NCBI GenBank assembly: GCA_037144095.1
Contig: JBAWXL010000002.1
Span: forward strand, 1-50,056
Source: Bacteroidota bacterium
Lineage (GTDB): Bacteria > Bacteroidota > Bacteroidia > Bacteroidales > CAIXTV01
DNA length: 50,056 nucleotides
Direction of reading: 5' to 3'
Positions within the stretch are counted from its first letter, which is position 1. Each line of letters opens with the position of its first letter. Below are positions 1 to 8,679 of this stretch, one piece after another. A program made the position numbers and the translations under genes. The notes below the pieces were generated by a model. The model was not told where the DNA came from. It saw only the letters and a list, made by a program, of their open reading frames with translations, and ran no database searches.

Positions 1-247
1 TGTTTCCTTAGCCTGAAATCTGACCGGCGAAAAACAAATTAAATCTTTCAAAGAACAATGTTTATATGTTTAGTTTTTTGGTTTAAAAACGATGTTTTCT
101 GTTACGATGCCCATTTGAAATCATTAAAACTACATTTAGTTTGAATTAAATGGCAAAGTAAATCGCTACAAAGATATATATTATTTTTATTTGGTATGAA
201 AAATAACAAGCAAACAATAAAAATATTTTTTGCATCAATTAAATACC

Positions 248-255
248 TACATTTG
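248..255 (+). promoter_or_regulatory. Candidate Bacteroidota -7 promoter box (TACATTTG = TAnnTTTG)
   Basis: Exact TAnnTTTG match 26 nt upstream of ATG 281. Motif match only. Confidence 0.35.
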
Positions 256-280
256 TAGGGCTTTTCAATCCATTCATCTT

Positions 281-1270
281 ATGAAAAAATATCTCGTCAT
301 CTTATTGCTTTTTGTGTTGGGAGAAGGCTATGGGCAGAATTTGGTGCCGAATGGGAGTTTTGAGGATTATTCAGTATGTCCTACAAGTTTTGGTTCAATA
401 AATTTAGCAATTCCATGGTTTCAACCGGGTAATTCTTCTGATTATTTTAATTCCTGTGCTAATGATGCTTTAAATCCTTGTGGTGGATGTGGAGTTCCAA
501 ATAATAATCTGGGCTATCAAATTCCCAGAACAGGAAAAGCTTATGCAGGAATCGGCTTATGTGAGCCCGGTTGGCCTTATGGTGGTTATCGTGAGTACAT
601 TGAAGTGAAATTATTAGATACATTAATAGAAAACAAGTATTATTATGTTGAATTTTGGATTTCTTTATCTCGTTTTTGTATGAATCCTGTTCCAATAGGT
701 GTTGATGCCATAGGTGCTTATTTTTCTAAAGATTCGTTGAATTATATTGATTCTAATTCTGATACTATTATTTATGTATTTAATGTTATTCCCCAAATAG
801 AAAACCCTGAATGGAATATAATTACTGACACCACTAATTGGGTGAAAATATCGGGTGTATTTATGGCAAAAGGTGGAGAAGATTATATGATAATTGGGAA
901 TTTTAAGACCGATGAAAATACCCATACTCAAATTGCCTATACCAATACACCCGGTCCACCTGTGGGTAATGCTGCTTATTATTATATAGATGATGTTTCA
1001 GTGGTTGAGTATGATAGTTTAATGCCTGAGCCTTCTGATAATAGCATTATCCTCTACCCCAATCCAACCCAAGACGAACTAACAATAGAATCAAAAGGCA
1101 ACGCCACTCCAATAGATTTTGAGATTTTCAACACTATGGGTCAGCTTTTGTATAAAAACAGTATGATAGAAAAAACGCTGGTGCCCACTGCCGGCTTTGC
1201 TGCGGGCATCTATGTAATACGCCTGCAACATGGCGAGAGGATGGAGTTTAGAAAGTTGATGAAGAATTGA
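281..1270 (+). CDS. Secreted protein with T9SS type-A C-terminal sorting domain (Por_Secre_tail-like)
   Basis: ORF 230..1270. The internal ATG at 281 gives a signal peptide MKKYLVILLLFVLGEGYGQ. The C-terminus ILYPNPTQDELTIES...GIYVIRLQ is typical of T9SS CTDs. Confidence 0.8.
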   Translation: MKKYLVILLLFVLGEGYGQNLVPNGSFEDYSVCPTSFGSINLAIPWFQPGNSSDYFNSCANDALNPCGGCGVPNNNLGYQIPRTGKAYAGIGLCEPGWPYGGYREYIEVKLLDTLIENKYYYVEFWISLSRFCMNPVPIGVDAIGAYFSKDSLNYIDSNSDTIIYVFNVIPQIENPEWNIITDTTNWVKISGVFMAKGGEDYMIIGNFKTDENTHTQIAYTNTPGPPVGNAAYYYIDDVSVVEYDSLMPEPSDNSIILYPNPTQDELTIESKGNATPIDFEIFNTMGQLLYKNSMIEKTLVPTAGFAAGIYVIRLQHGERMEFRKLMKN

Positions 1271-1289
1271 CAGTGGAAATGAGGGAGGG

Positions 1290-1305
1290 AAATTCCCGGG
1301 AATTT
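1290..1305 (+). terminator. 16-bp perfect palindrome AAATTCCCGGGAATTT downstream of the T9SS cargo gene; weak terminator candidate
   Basis: Self-complementary by eye. It lies 20 nt after the stop at 1270 and a T-rich stretch follows (acttttctttt). Confidence 0.3.
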
Positions 1306-1385
1306 ATTACACTTTTCTTTTGGGATTTGATTTTACACTCAAAAGCCACTAAACTCGCCTAAAACAACTAACAAATTATTTTTTC

Positions 1386-1393
1386 TATATTTG
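1386..1393 (+). promoter_or_regulatory. Candidate -7 promoter box TATATTTG for the glycan locus
   Basis: TAnnTTTG match about 225 nt upstream of the first locus gene (1619). Implies a long 5' leader. Confidence 0.35.
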
Positions 1394-1618
1394 CAGACTG
1401 TTTTCGGTCGGGTTAGTACTGCTTTTTATATGTAACTGACGCGGCGAAGCTGTGTAATCAGGTAACATTTATTCTTACTAAGTGTTTGAAAACCAAACGT
1501 GAAATTTTCCACTTTCATTAGGTCTTTCATCCATAAAAATGTATGTTACAACAGTGAAAAAAGAAGGCTTCAGAGCAATAGCGTTTGATAGCAAAATAAA
1601 ATTTAAGCATATCGTTTT

Positions 1619-2710
1619 TTGAATAAAATTAAAATACTCACCATTGTTGGTGCCCGTCCGCAATTCATAAAGGCTTCGGTGGTGAGTGCCGAAATGCTGA
1701 AACATCCGGCCTTGGAAGAAATCATTGTGCACACCGGACAGCATTTCGACCCGGTGATGAGCGAGGTGTTTTTCAATCAACTTCATATTCCTCAACCTAA
1801 ATATTCGCTCCACATCAATCAGCTTTCGCATGGCGCCATGACGGGTCGCATGATGGAAGAAATTGAAAAGATTATTTTGCACGAAAAACCAAACTTTGTG
1901 ATGCTCTATGGCGATGCCAATTCCACATTGGCAGGGGCATTAGCGGCAAAAAAGACCAACGCAAAAGTGGTGCACATAGAAGCCGGCCTAAGAAGCTTCA
2001 ACATGAAAATGCCTGAAGAAATCAACCGAATACTTACCGATAGAATCAGCGATATTTTGTTCTGCCCAACAGAGGTTGCAGTTGAGAATCTGCACAAGGA
2101 GGGCTTTTCAAATTTCGATTGTCTGATTGAAAACAGCGGAGATGTAATGTATGATGCCTGTTTGTTTTTCAAGCAATATGCCGTCGAACTCGATGTCACC
2201 TTGCCCGAAAACTATGCCTTAGCCACCCTGCATCGCCCCGAAAACACTGATGTTGAAGAAAACCTGCGCAATATTTTTGCTTCTTTAATTGAAATTAGTC
2301 AGACCCTGCCGGTGGTGATTCCCCTGCATCCCCGAACCATTCAATTAATTGAGAAATACAATATAAATTTAAGTTCGGCAAACCTAATGATGTTGCCTCC
2401 CCAAAGCTATTTAGAAATGCTGCACCTATTGCAGCATTGTCGTTTTTTGATGACCGATAGTGGGGGCTTGCAAAAGGAAGCTTATTTCTTACATAAACTT
2501 TGCCTCACCCTCCGCAACGAAACCGAATGGGTGGAGCTTTGCTCACAAAAAGCAAATGTTTTAGTGGGAAATACAAAAGAAGGCATACTCGCAGCTTACG
2601 AAAACATCAATCAGCTTGCAGCGAATGCTTGTTTTGATAAAGAATTTTATGGCAAAGGCAATGCAGCAAAAAAAATAATTGACACAATAGAAACCTATCA
2701 TTATAACTGA
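1619..2710 (+). CDS. wecB: UDP-N-acetylglucosamine 2-epimerase, non-hydrolysing (WecB family), paralog 1
   Basis: N-terminus KILTIVGARPQFIK, HTGQHFD, YGDANSTLAGALAA, HIEAGLRSFN..MPEEINR and DSGGLQKEA are classic epimerase_2 motifs. TTG start as given by the ORF track. Confidence 0.88.
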   Translation: MNKIKILTIVGARPQFIKASVVSAEMLKHPALEEIIVHTGQHFDPVMSEVFFNQLHIPQPKYSLHINQLSHGAMTGRMMEEIEKIILHEKPNFVMLYGDANSTLAGALAAKKTNAKVVHIEAGLRSFNMKMPEEINRILTDRISDILFCPTEVAVENLHKEGFSNFDCLIENSGDVMYDACLFFKQYAVELDVTLPENYALATLHRPENTDVEENLRNIFASLIEISQTLPVVIPLHPRTIQLIEKYNINLSSANLMMLPPQSYLEMLHLLQHCRFLMTDSGGLQKEAYFLHKLCLTLRNETEWVELCSQKANVLVGNTKEGILAAYENINQLAANACFDKEFYGKGNAAKKIIDTIETYHYN

Positions 2711-2788
2711 TAAGATATTTCTCTACGGCATTTTTCAAAAACACTAATATAAAGACAAAAAGTTCAAGAAATAATCACTTTATAGATT

Positions 2789-4219
2789 ATGCTTTTTAAC
2801 TCGTTTCATTTTCTGTTTTTTTTCATTGTAGTCACGACGCTTTATTTCGTGCTGCCTTTTAGCAAACGTTGGATTCTTCTTTTAGCAAGCAGTTGCTATT
2901 TTTATATGGCATTCATTCCGGTGTATATCCTGATTTTGGGATTCACCATCGTGATAGATTATTTTGCCGGAATATACATTGAAAATGCCGAGGGTGCCCG
3001 GCGAAAGCTTTTCCTCACATTTAGTTTAATTGCAAACATTGGGGTTCTGGCCGTTTTTAAATATTATAATTTCCTGAACCTTAACTTCACCTTTCTGCTA
3101 CATGGTTTTGGACTGTCAAATCCCGTCCCGTTTTTAGCAATTCTGTTGCCCATAGGGCTTTCCTTTCATACGTTTCAGGCAATGAGCTATACGATTGAAG
3201 TATATCGGGGTCGTCAGAAAGCCGAGCGGCATTTTGGCATCTATTCATTATATGTGATGTTCTATCCCCAACTTGTTGCCGGACCCATCGAACGACCTCA
3301 AAATCTCCTTCACCAATTCAGAGAAAAATACTATTTCGAATATTTCCGGGTAGTCGAAGGACTCAAACTGATGCTGTGGGGGTTCTTCAAAAAAATCGTG
3401 ATAGCCGATCGCCTCGCCATATATGTAAATGCGGTGTATAACAATCCCGATCAGCATACCGGAATGACCCTTTTATTAGCCACCATATTTTTCGCTTTTC
3501 AAATATATTGCGATTTTTCGGGCTATTCAGACATCGCCATTGGGGCAGCAAAAGTTATGGGGTTTAAATTAATGACCAATTTTAATCGTCCTTATTTTGC
3601 CCGAAACATTTCTGAATTCTGGAAACGCTGGCACATTTCATTGTCCACCTGGTTTAAAGACTATTTATATATTTCGCTTGGGGGCAACCGCACTTCAATT
3701 CCGCGTTGGTATTTAAACCTGTTTTTAGTTTTCCTCATCAGTGGTCTATGGCATGGAGCCAATTGGACCTATATAATATGGGGTGGTCTGAATGGTTTTT
3801 ATCTGGTTTTCGCCATCATTTCTCAAGGCTACAGAAATAAGTTTAATAAACTAACAGGTATAGATAAACTTCCCAAATTAAACCACTTGTTTCAGGTGCT
3901 AATTACATTTTTCTTATCCTGTTTTGCCTGGATATTTTTCAGAGCCAACAATGTAACTGATGCTTTCACTATCATTAAGAAAATCTCAAAGCTTGATGGG
4001 GCGGTCTTTATCGACAACCCATCTATCATGATTTATTCCTTTTTAGGTATCCTGATTTTATTCTTGGTTGAGTTTAAAAAAGAGTTTTACAAAGGTGATT
4101 TTTCATTTATGGAGAATAAAAGCTGGGTGGTGCGCAATTTTTCATACGCAGTTTTATTGATTCTAATATTGCTAATTGGCGTTTTCGATGGCGGACAATT
4201 TATTTATTTTCAATTTTAA
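2789..4219 (+). CDS. MBOAT family O-acyltransferase (AlgI/DltB/PatA-like)
   Basis: Polytopic membrane protein. Motifs: FWKRWHISLSTWFKDYLYISLGGNR and the conserved His in LISGLWHGANW. Confidence 0.88.
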   Translation: MLFNSFHFLFFFIVVTTLYFVLPFSKRWILLLASSCYFYMAFIPVYILILGFTIVIDYFAGIYIENAEGARRKLFLTFSLIANIGVLAVFKYYNFLNLNFTFLLHGFGLSNPVPFLAILLPIGLSFHTFQAMSYTIEVYRGRQKAERHFGIYSLYVMFYPQLVAGPIERPQNLLHQFREKYYFEYFRVVEGLKLMLWGFFKKIVIADRLAIYVNAVYNNPDQHTGMTLLLATIFFAFQIYCDFSGYSDIAIGAAKVMGFKLMTNFNRPYFARNISEFWKRWHISLSTWFKDYLYISLGGNRTSIPRWYLNLFLVFLISGLWHGANWTYIIWGGLNGFYLVFAIISQGYRNKFNKLTGIDKLPKLNHLFQVLITFFLSCFAWIFFRANNVTDAFTIIKKISKLDGAVFIDNPSIMIYSFLGILILFLVEFKKEFYKGDFSFMENKSWVVRNFSYAVLLILILLIGVFDGGQFIYFQF

Positions 4220-4227
4220 GATGAATC

Positions 4228-5181
4228 ATGATTAAGAAATTGATTTATAAAATAAAAAAGAATCCATTTCAATACTTTCTATTGAAGTTGCTTGTTTTCA
4301 TTGCAATTGTATTTGTCATTGACTTTGCGGTAGGAAATGTTCTCCGCTACTTATACTTCAAACAAGAAAGTGGCTTACTCTATCGGACTACCTATTCAAT
4401 TGAAAAAACCACTGCCGATGTATTGGTCTTTGGTTCATCAAGGGCCAATCATCATTATCATCCTGAAGTATTAGAAAAACGATTACATCTTTCTTACTAT
4501 AACGTTGGAAGAGATGGTAATTTTATGTTCTATCATTATGCTGTTCTAAAAGGAATTTTGAAAAGATATTCACCTAAACTCATCATTCTTGATTTTGTGA
4601 AAGGTGAATTTAAACCAAGTCAGGAAAGCTACGACCGGCTATCATCATTGCTGCCTTACTATCATAGCCATCCCGAAATGCGATCCATCATCGAACTTAA
4701 AAGCAAATATGAATGGTTGAAATTAGTCTCATCCATCTACCCCTACAATTCTTCAATTTTCACCATAGCTGCCGGTAATGCTGAGTTTAATAAAACAAGA
4801 AAAGGAGACATTCAGGGTTATGTGCCACTCAGCAAAACGTGGAATGGGCCCCTTCAAATTGATAGCAGTTCGACAAATAAAGAAATTGATAGTAATAAAG
4901 TAAACATGTATGCTTCGTTCATTAAGGATTGCATTTCATCGAAAGTAAAACTAATTGTTGTCTGTTCACCTTATTATCACAAATCCCTTCACCCCGATTA
5001 TTCCCTTACATTAGGACAAGAAATTGCAAGAAAATATAATGTTCCCTTCTTCGATTATTCATCGGATTCGATGTTTGTAAATAACGTCAAATATTTTGCT
5101 GATATTAATCATTTGAACGATGGAGGCGCAATGGTTTTTTCAAATATACTTGTTGATAAGATAAGTAAAACGAATGATTGA
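4228..5181 (+). CDS. SGNH-like partner of the MBOAT (AlgJ/AlgX/DltD/PatB-like acyl transfer protein)
   Basis: N-terminal TM anchor. VLVFGSSRANHHY resembles SGNH block I and the C-terminal DINHLNDGG resembles the block V DxxH. Lies immediately after the MBOAT gene. Confidence 0.55.
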   Translation: MIKKLIYKIKKNPFQYFLLKLLVFIAIVFVIDFAVGNVLRYLYFKQESGLLYRTTYSIEKTTADVLVFGSSRANHHYHPEVLEKRLHLSYYNVGRDGNFMFYHYAVLKGILKRYSPKLIILDFVKGEFKPSQESYDRLSSLLPYYHSHPEMRSIIELKSKYEWLKLVSSIYPYNSSIFTIAAGNAEFNKTRKGDIQGYVPLSKTWNGPLQIDSSSTNKEIDSNKVNMYASFIKDCISSKVKLIVVCSPYYHKSLHPDYSLTLGQEIARKYNVPFFDYSSDSMFVNNVKYFADINHLNDGGAMVFSNILVDKISKTND

Positions 5182-5190
5182 TAAGTAAAA

Positions 5191-6177
5191 ATGACTTACC
5201 AAAGAATACAAAACGCTCGTGTACTTGTCACCGGTGGTGCAGGATTTATCGGTTCAAACCTATGTGAGGATTTATTAAATTACAATAATGAAGTTGTTTG
5301 TTTAGATAATTTTTCAACCGGAAGGATTGAGAATATCAAGGATTTTCTTAGCCACAAAAATTTCAATTTAGTAGTGGGTGATATTCGAAATCTTGATGAT
5401 TGTCTAAAGGCAATGGAGGGTGTCGATATCATTCTACATCAAGCAGCCTTAGGTTCTGTTCCACGTTCAATAAACGATCCTATTACAAGTAATGCTGTAA
5501 ATATAAGTGGCTTTTTAAATATATTGGTTGCAGCACGGGATGCCAAAATAAAACGTCTTGTTTATGCCGCAAGTTCTTCTACTTATGGCGACTCACCTAA
5601 TCTTCCAAAAGTGGAAGAAATTATTGGCATACCACTTTCACCTTATGCAGTAACAAAATATGTAAATGAATTGTATGCCCAGGTGTTTTGTTTGAACTAC
5701 GGAATGGATGTTATAGGCTTGCGATATTTCAATGTGTTCGGACGACGACAAAATCCAAATGGAGCTTATGCGGCAGTAATTCCAAAGTTTACAATGTTGT
5801 TAAAGGCACACGAATCACCTTTAATCCATGGAGATGGATCAAATTCACGCGACTTTACTTATATTGACAATGTAATTCAAATGAACCATCTTGCAGCAAC
5901 TACAAAAAACAAAGATGCAGTTGGACAGGTTTTTAATACTGCCGTTGGCGAACGAAATGATTTAAATATGTTAACTCACTATTTGAAAAAATATCTGAGT
6001 GAATATGATTCAGCCATTCAGCAGGTGGAAATTAAATACGGACCTGCAAGGGCAGGAGATATCCCGCATTCACTTGCCAGTATAGATAAAGCTAAAAATA
6101 TGCTAAGTTATAAGCCAACACATAATCTTCAGGAAGGGTTGAAAGAAGCAGTGAAATGGTATTGGAATAATTTGTAA
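5191..6177 (+). CDS. SDR C4-epimerase of the WbpP/TviC type (UDP-GlcNAc/GalNAc(A) 4-epimerase-like)
   Basis: VLVTGGAGFIGSNL, DNFSTGR, SPYAVTKYVNE (YxxxK), LRYFNVFGRRQ. Confidence 0.75.
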   Translation: MTYQRIQNARVLVTGGAGFIGSNLCEDLLNYNNEVVCLDNFSTGRIENIKDFLSHKNFNLVVGDIRNLDDCLKAMEGVDIILHQAALGSVPRSINDPITSNAVNISGFLNILVAARDAKIKRLVYAASSSTYGDSPNLPKVEEIIGIPLSPYAVTKYVNELYAQVFCLNYGMDVIGLRYFNVFGRRQNPNGAYAAVIPKFTMLLKAHESPLIHGDGSNSRDFTYIDNVIQMNHLAATTKNKDAVGQVFNTAVGERNDLNMLTHYLKKYLSEYDSAIQQVEIKYGPARAGDIPHSLASIDKAKNMLSYKPTHNLQEGLKEAVKWYWNNL

Positions 6178-6179
6178 AG

Positions 6180-7208
6180 ATGGATAAACAAAAAATATTA
6201 GTCACAGGAGGAACAGGTTATATTGGTTCTCATACAGTTGTCGAACTGCAGCAAGCAGGTTTCGAAGTTTTCATTATTGATAATTTGTCCAATTCAAATG
6301 TTGCGGTAGTAGATCAAATTGAGAAAATCACAGGAATTCGTCCTTATTTTAAAAAGCTTGATTTATTAGACAAGAAAGATCTCTTTCGATTTTTTAATGA
6401 AAATAAACCATTTGCCGGAATAATACATTTCGCAGCATCAAAAGCTGTGGGCGAATCAGTTGAAAAGCCTTTATTTTATTACGAAAATAATTTGTTGAGC
6501 TTAATTAATTTGCTTAATGCAATGATAGAATTCAACACTTCGAATTTAGTATTTTCTTCTTCTTGCACTGTTTATGGCCAACCAGAAATGCTTCCCGTAA
6601 CTGAAGATTCACCATTATTGCCGGCAACATCTCCATATGGAAACACCAAAAAGATTGCAGAAGATATTATTAAGGATACCGTAAATGCTTATAATGGTTT
6701 AAATTCAATAGCATTGCGTTATTTTAATCCGGTAGGAGCTCATGAATCTGCTTTAATTGGAGAATTGCCAAATGGTATTCCAAATAATTTAATGCCATTT
6801 ATAACTCAAACAGCTATCGGAAAACGTGAATTACTTCGTGTTTTTGGAAATGATTATGATACACCCGACGGAACAGCCGTACGTGATTACATTCATGTGG
6901 TTGACCTTGCAAAAGCTCATATTGCTGCATTAAATCGTCTTTTAAATAATAAATCAAACAGTAAGATTGAATTTTATAATATTGGTGCAGGCAAAGGATA
7001 TTCTGTGTTAGAAGTAGTAAATGCATTCGAAAGCTCAACAGGTGTCACATTAAATTGGAAGTTTTTCCCAAGACGAAAAGGTGACATTGAAAAAATTTGG
7101 GCTGATAGTTCTTTTTCTAACAATATCCTTCAATGGAAAGCAAGTAAAAGCTTAGAAGAAATGGTTCAAAGTGCATGGAAATGGGAAAATACATTGAAAA
7201 ATGAATAA
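6180..7208 (+). CDS. galE: UDP-glucose 4-epimerase
   Basis: ILVTGGTGYIGSHTVVEL, DNLSNS, HFAASKAVGES, SPYGNTKKIAE, RYFNPVGAH, GIPNNLMPFI, GTAVRDYIHVVDLA. Full-length GalE pattern. Confidence 0.9.
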   Translation: MDKQKILVTGGTGYIGSHTVVELQQAGFEVFIIDNLSNSNVAVVDQIEKITGIRPYFKKLDLLDKKDLFRFFNENKPFAGIIHFAASKAVGESVEKPLFYYENNLLSLINLLNAMIEFNTSNLVFSSSCTVYGQPEMLPVTEDSPLLPATSPYGNTKKIAEDIIKDTVNAYNGLNSIALRYFNPVGAHESALIGELPNGIPNNLMPFITQTAIGKRELLRVFGNDYDTPDGTAVRDYIHVVDLAKAHIAALNRLLNNKSNSKIEFYNIGAGKGYSVLEVVNAFESSTGVTLNWKFFPRRKGDIEKIWADSSFSNNILQWKASKSLEEMVQSAWKWENTLKNE

Positions 7209-8184
7209 AAGAGTTTTAGTTACCGGGGCCGACGGTTTCATCGGTTCACATTTAACTGAATTATTACTTGAAAAAGGATATAAGGTAAGAGCTTTATCAT
7301 ATTATAATTCATTTAACTATTGGGGTTGGTTGGAAGATATTTCTACAAATCCAAATTTAGAAGTCGTAACTGGAGACATACGAGACCCGCATTATGTGAA
7401 ACATATAATGAAGGATATTGACATTGTCTTTCATCTTGCTGCATTAATTGCAATTCCCTATTCATATCACGCTCCGGATAGTTATGTCGATACAAATATC
7501 AGAGGCACCTTAAATGTTTGCCAGTCAGCAAAAGAGTTAGGGGGCATCAGGGTGATTAATACTTCAACATCTGAAGTTTATGGAACAGCACAATATGTTC
7601 CCATCGACGAAAAACATCCAAAGCAAGCACAATCGCCATATTCTGCTTCTAAAATTGGAGCAGATGCGATGGCAATGAGTTTTTTTAATGCCTTTAACCT
7701 GCCGGTTACTATTGCAAGACCCTTTAATACGTATGGTCCTCGCCAATCAGCAAGAGCAATTATTCCAACCATTATTTCTCAAATTGCCAGTGGGATGAAA
7801 GAAATTAATTTGGGCGATTTAACACCTACACGTGATTTTAACTTTGTAAAAGATACTTGCAACGGATTTTTAGCTGTAGCTGAATGCAATGAAACAATTG
7901 GAAAAGAAATCAATATTTGTTCTAATTTTGAAATATCAATGGCTGATACCCTCGCTTTGATAAAAGAAATTATGCAAAGCGAGGTCAAATTAATAACTGA
8001 TGAACAACGTATTCGTCCTGAAAACTCTGAAGTGTTCAGGTTGTGGGGCGATAATACACTTTTGAAAAGCTTAACCGCATTCAAACCCGAATACGATATC
8101 AAAAAAGGATTAGAAATCACATGTAATTGGTTTCTGAAAGAAGAAAATTTGAAAAAGTATAAAGCTGGAATTTATAATTTATAA
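7201..8184 (+). CDS. NAD-dependent sugar 4,6-dehydratase/epimerase (LegB-like SDR)
   Basis: VLVTGADGFIGSHLTE, YNSFNYWGWLE, SPYSASKIGAD (YxxxK). Overlaps the galE stop by 8 nt. Confidence 0.7.
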   Translation: MNKRVLVTGADGFIGSHLTELLLEKGYKVRALSYYNSFNYWGWLEDISTNPNLEVVTGDIRDPHYVKHIMKDIDIVFHLAALIAIPYSYHAPDSYVDTNIRGTLNVCQSAKELGGIRVINTSTSEVYGTAQYVPIDEKHPKQAQSPYSASKIGADAMAMSFFNAFNLPVTIARPFNTYGPRQSARAIIPTIISQIASGMKEINLGDLTPTRDFNFVKDTCNGFLAVAECNETIGKEINICSNFEISMADTLALIKEIMQSEVKLITDEQRIRPENSEVFRLWGDNTLLKSLTAFKPEYDIKKGLEITCNWFLKEENLKKYKAGIYNL

Positions 8185-8270
8185 GAGGTCAAGATTAAGG
8201 ATGAGGTTAAGAATAACTTCGATTTTCTGACTTCTTCTCTGTCTTAACCTTTATCGCAACCTTAGCCTCA
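8185..8270. repeat. Left boundary of the hexamer-repeat cassette: GAGGTYAAG-type inverted copies followed by direct CTTAACCT/AACCTTAGCCTC copies
   Basis: 8185..8211 (gaggtcaagattaaggatgaggttaag) matches the reverse complement of 8649..8675 at 22/27 positions (hand alignment). It starts 1 nt after the stop codon at 8184. Confidence 0.75.
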
Positions 8271-8281
8271 ATTTTAATTCA

Positions 8282-8647
8282 ATGTTCAAAAGTTTTTCGG
8301 AAATGCCAATTTGGCAAACAGCACATGAGTTATCAATTGACGTATTTAAAAGGACAACGCATTTGCCTCGTTCTGAAGATTATGGATTAACATCGCAAAT
8401 CCGAAGATCAGCTAATAGTGTATCTGCAAATGTAGCTGAAGCTTTTGGAAGAAGCTCAAGTAAAGATAAAAGTAATTTTTACATTTATGCAAGAGGTTCT
8501 GTTACTGAAACTCAGAACCATTTAATTTATGGCTTAGATGTAGGATATTTTGAAAAACAGGGAGTAGAACTACTCTTAAACAAATACAATGTTTTGATTT
8601 ATGATTTAAATAAGGTTCTAAAAGCCCTATCACAACCCCAACCTTAA
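8282..8647 (+). CDS. Four-helix-bundle protein (23S rRNA intervening-sequence protein / Avd family, PF05635-like)
   Basis: 121 aa. Motifs LTSQIRRSANSVSANVAEAFGR and YIYARGSVTETQNHL are typical of the family. The C-terminal SQPQP runs into the hexamer repeat. Confidence 0.8.
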   Translation: MFKSFSEMPIWQTAHELSIDVFKRTTHLPRSEDYGLTSQIRRSANSVSANVAEAFGRSSSKDKSNFYIYARGSVTETQNHLIYGLDVGYFEKQGVELLLNKYNVLIYDLNKVLKALSQPQP

Positions 8648-8675
8648 CCTCAACCTCAACCTTAACCTCAACCTC
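8633..8675. repeat. Right boundary of the cassette: 7 tandem CAACCT/TAACCT hexamers
   Basis: caaccc caacct taacct caacct caacct taacct caacct c. Ends 4 nt before ATG 8680. Confidence 0.85.
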
Positions 8676-8679
8676 TTGC

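Noticed and set aside
1478-1882. 134-aa minus-strand ORF overlapping the start of the first 2-epimerase
   Set aside because: It has no recognisable motifs and overlaps a strongly supported + strand gene, so it is likely a chance ORF.
8282-8647. Diversity-generating retroelement, because the four-helix-bundle protein is in the same family as DGR Avd
   Set aside because: There is no reverse transcriptase ORF anywhere in the window, and I found no template/variable repeat pair with adenine-specific differences.
8185-8675. A true 23S rRNA intervening sequence
   Set aside because: No rRNA sequence flanks it. It lies between two protein-coding genes, so only the architecture is IVS-like.
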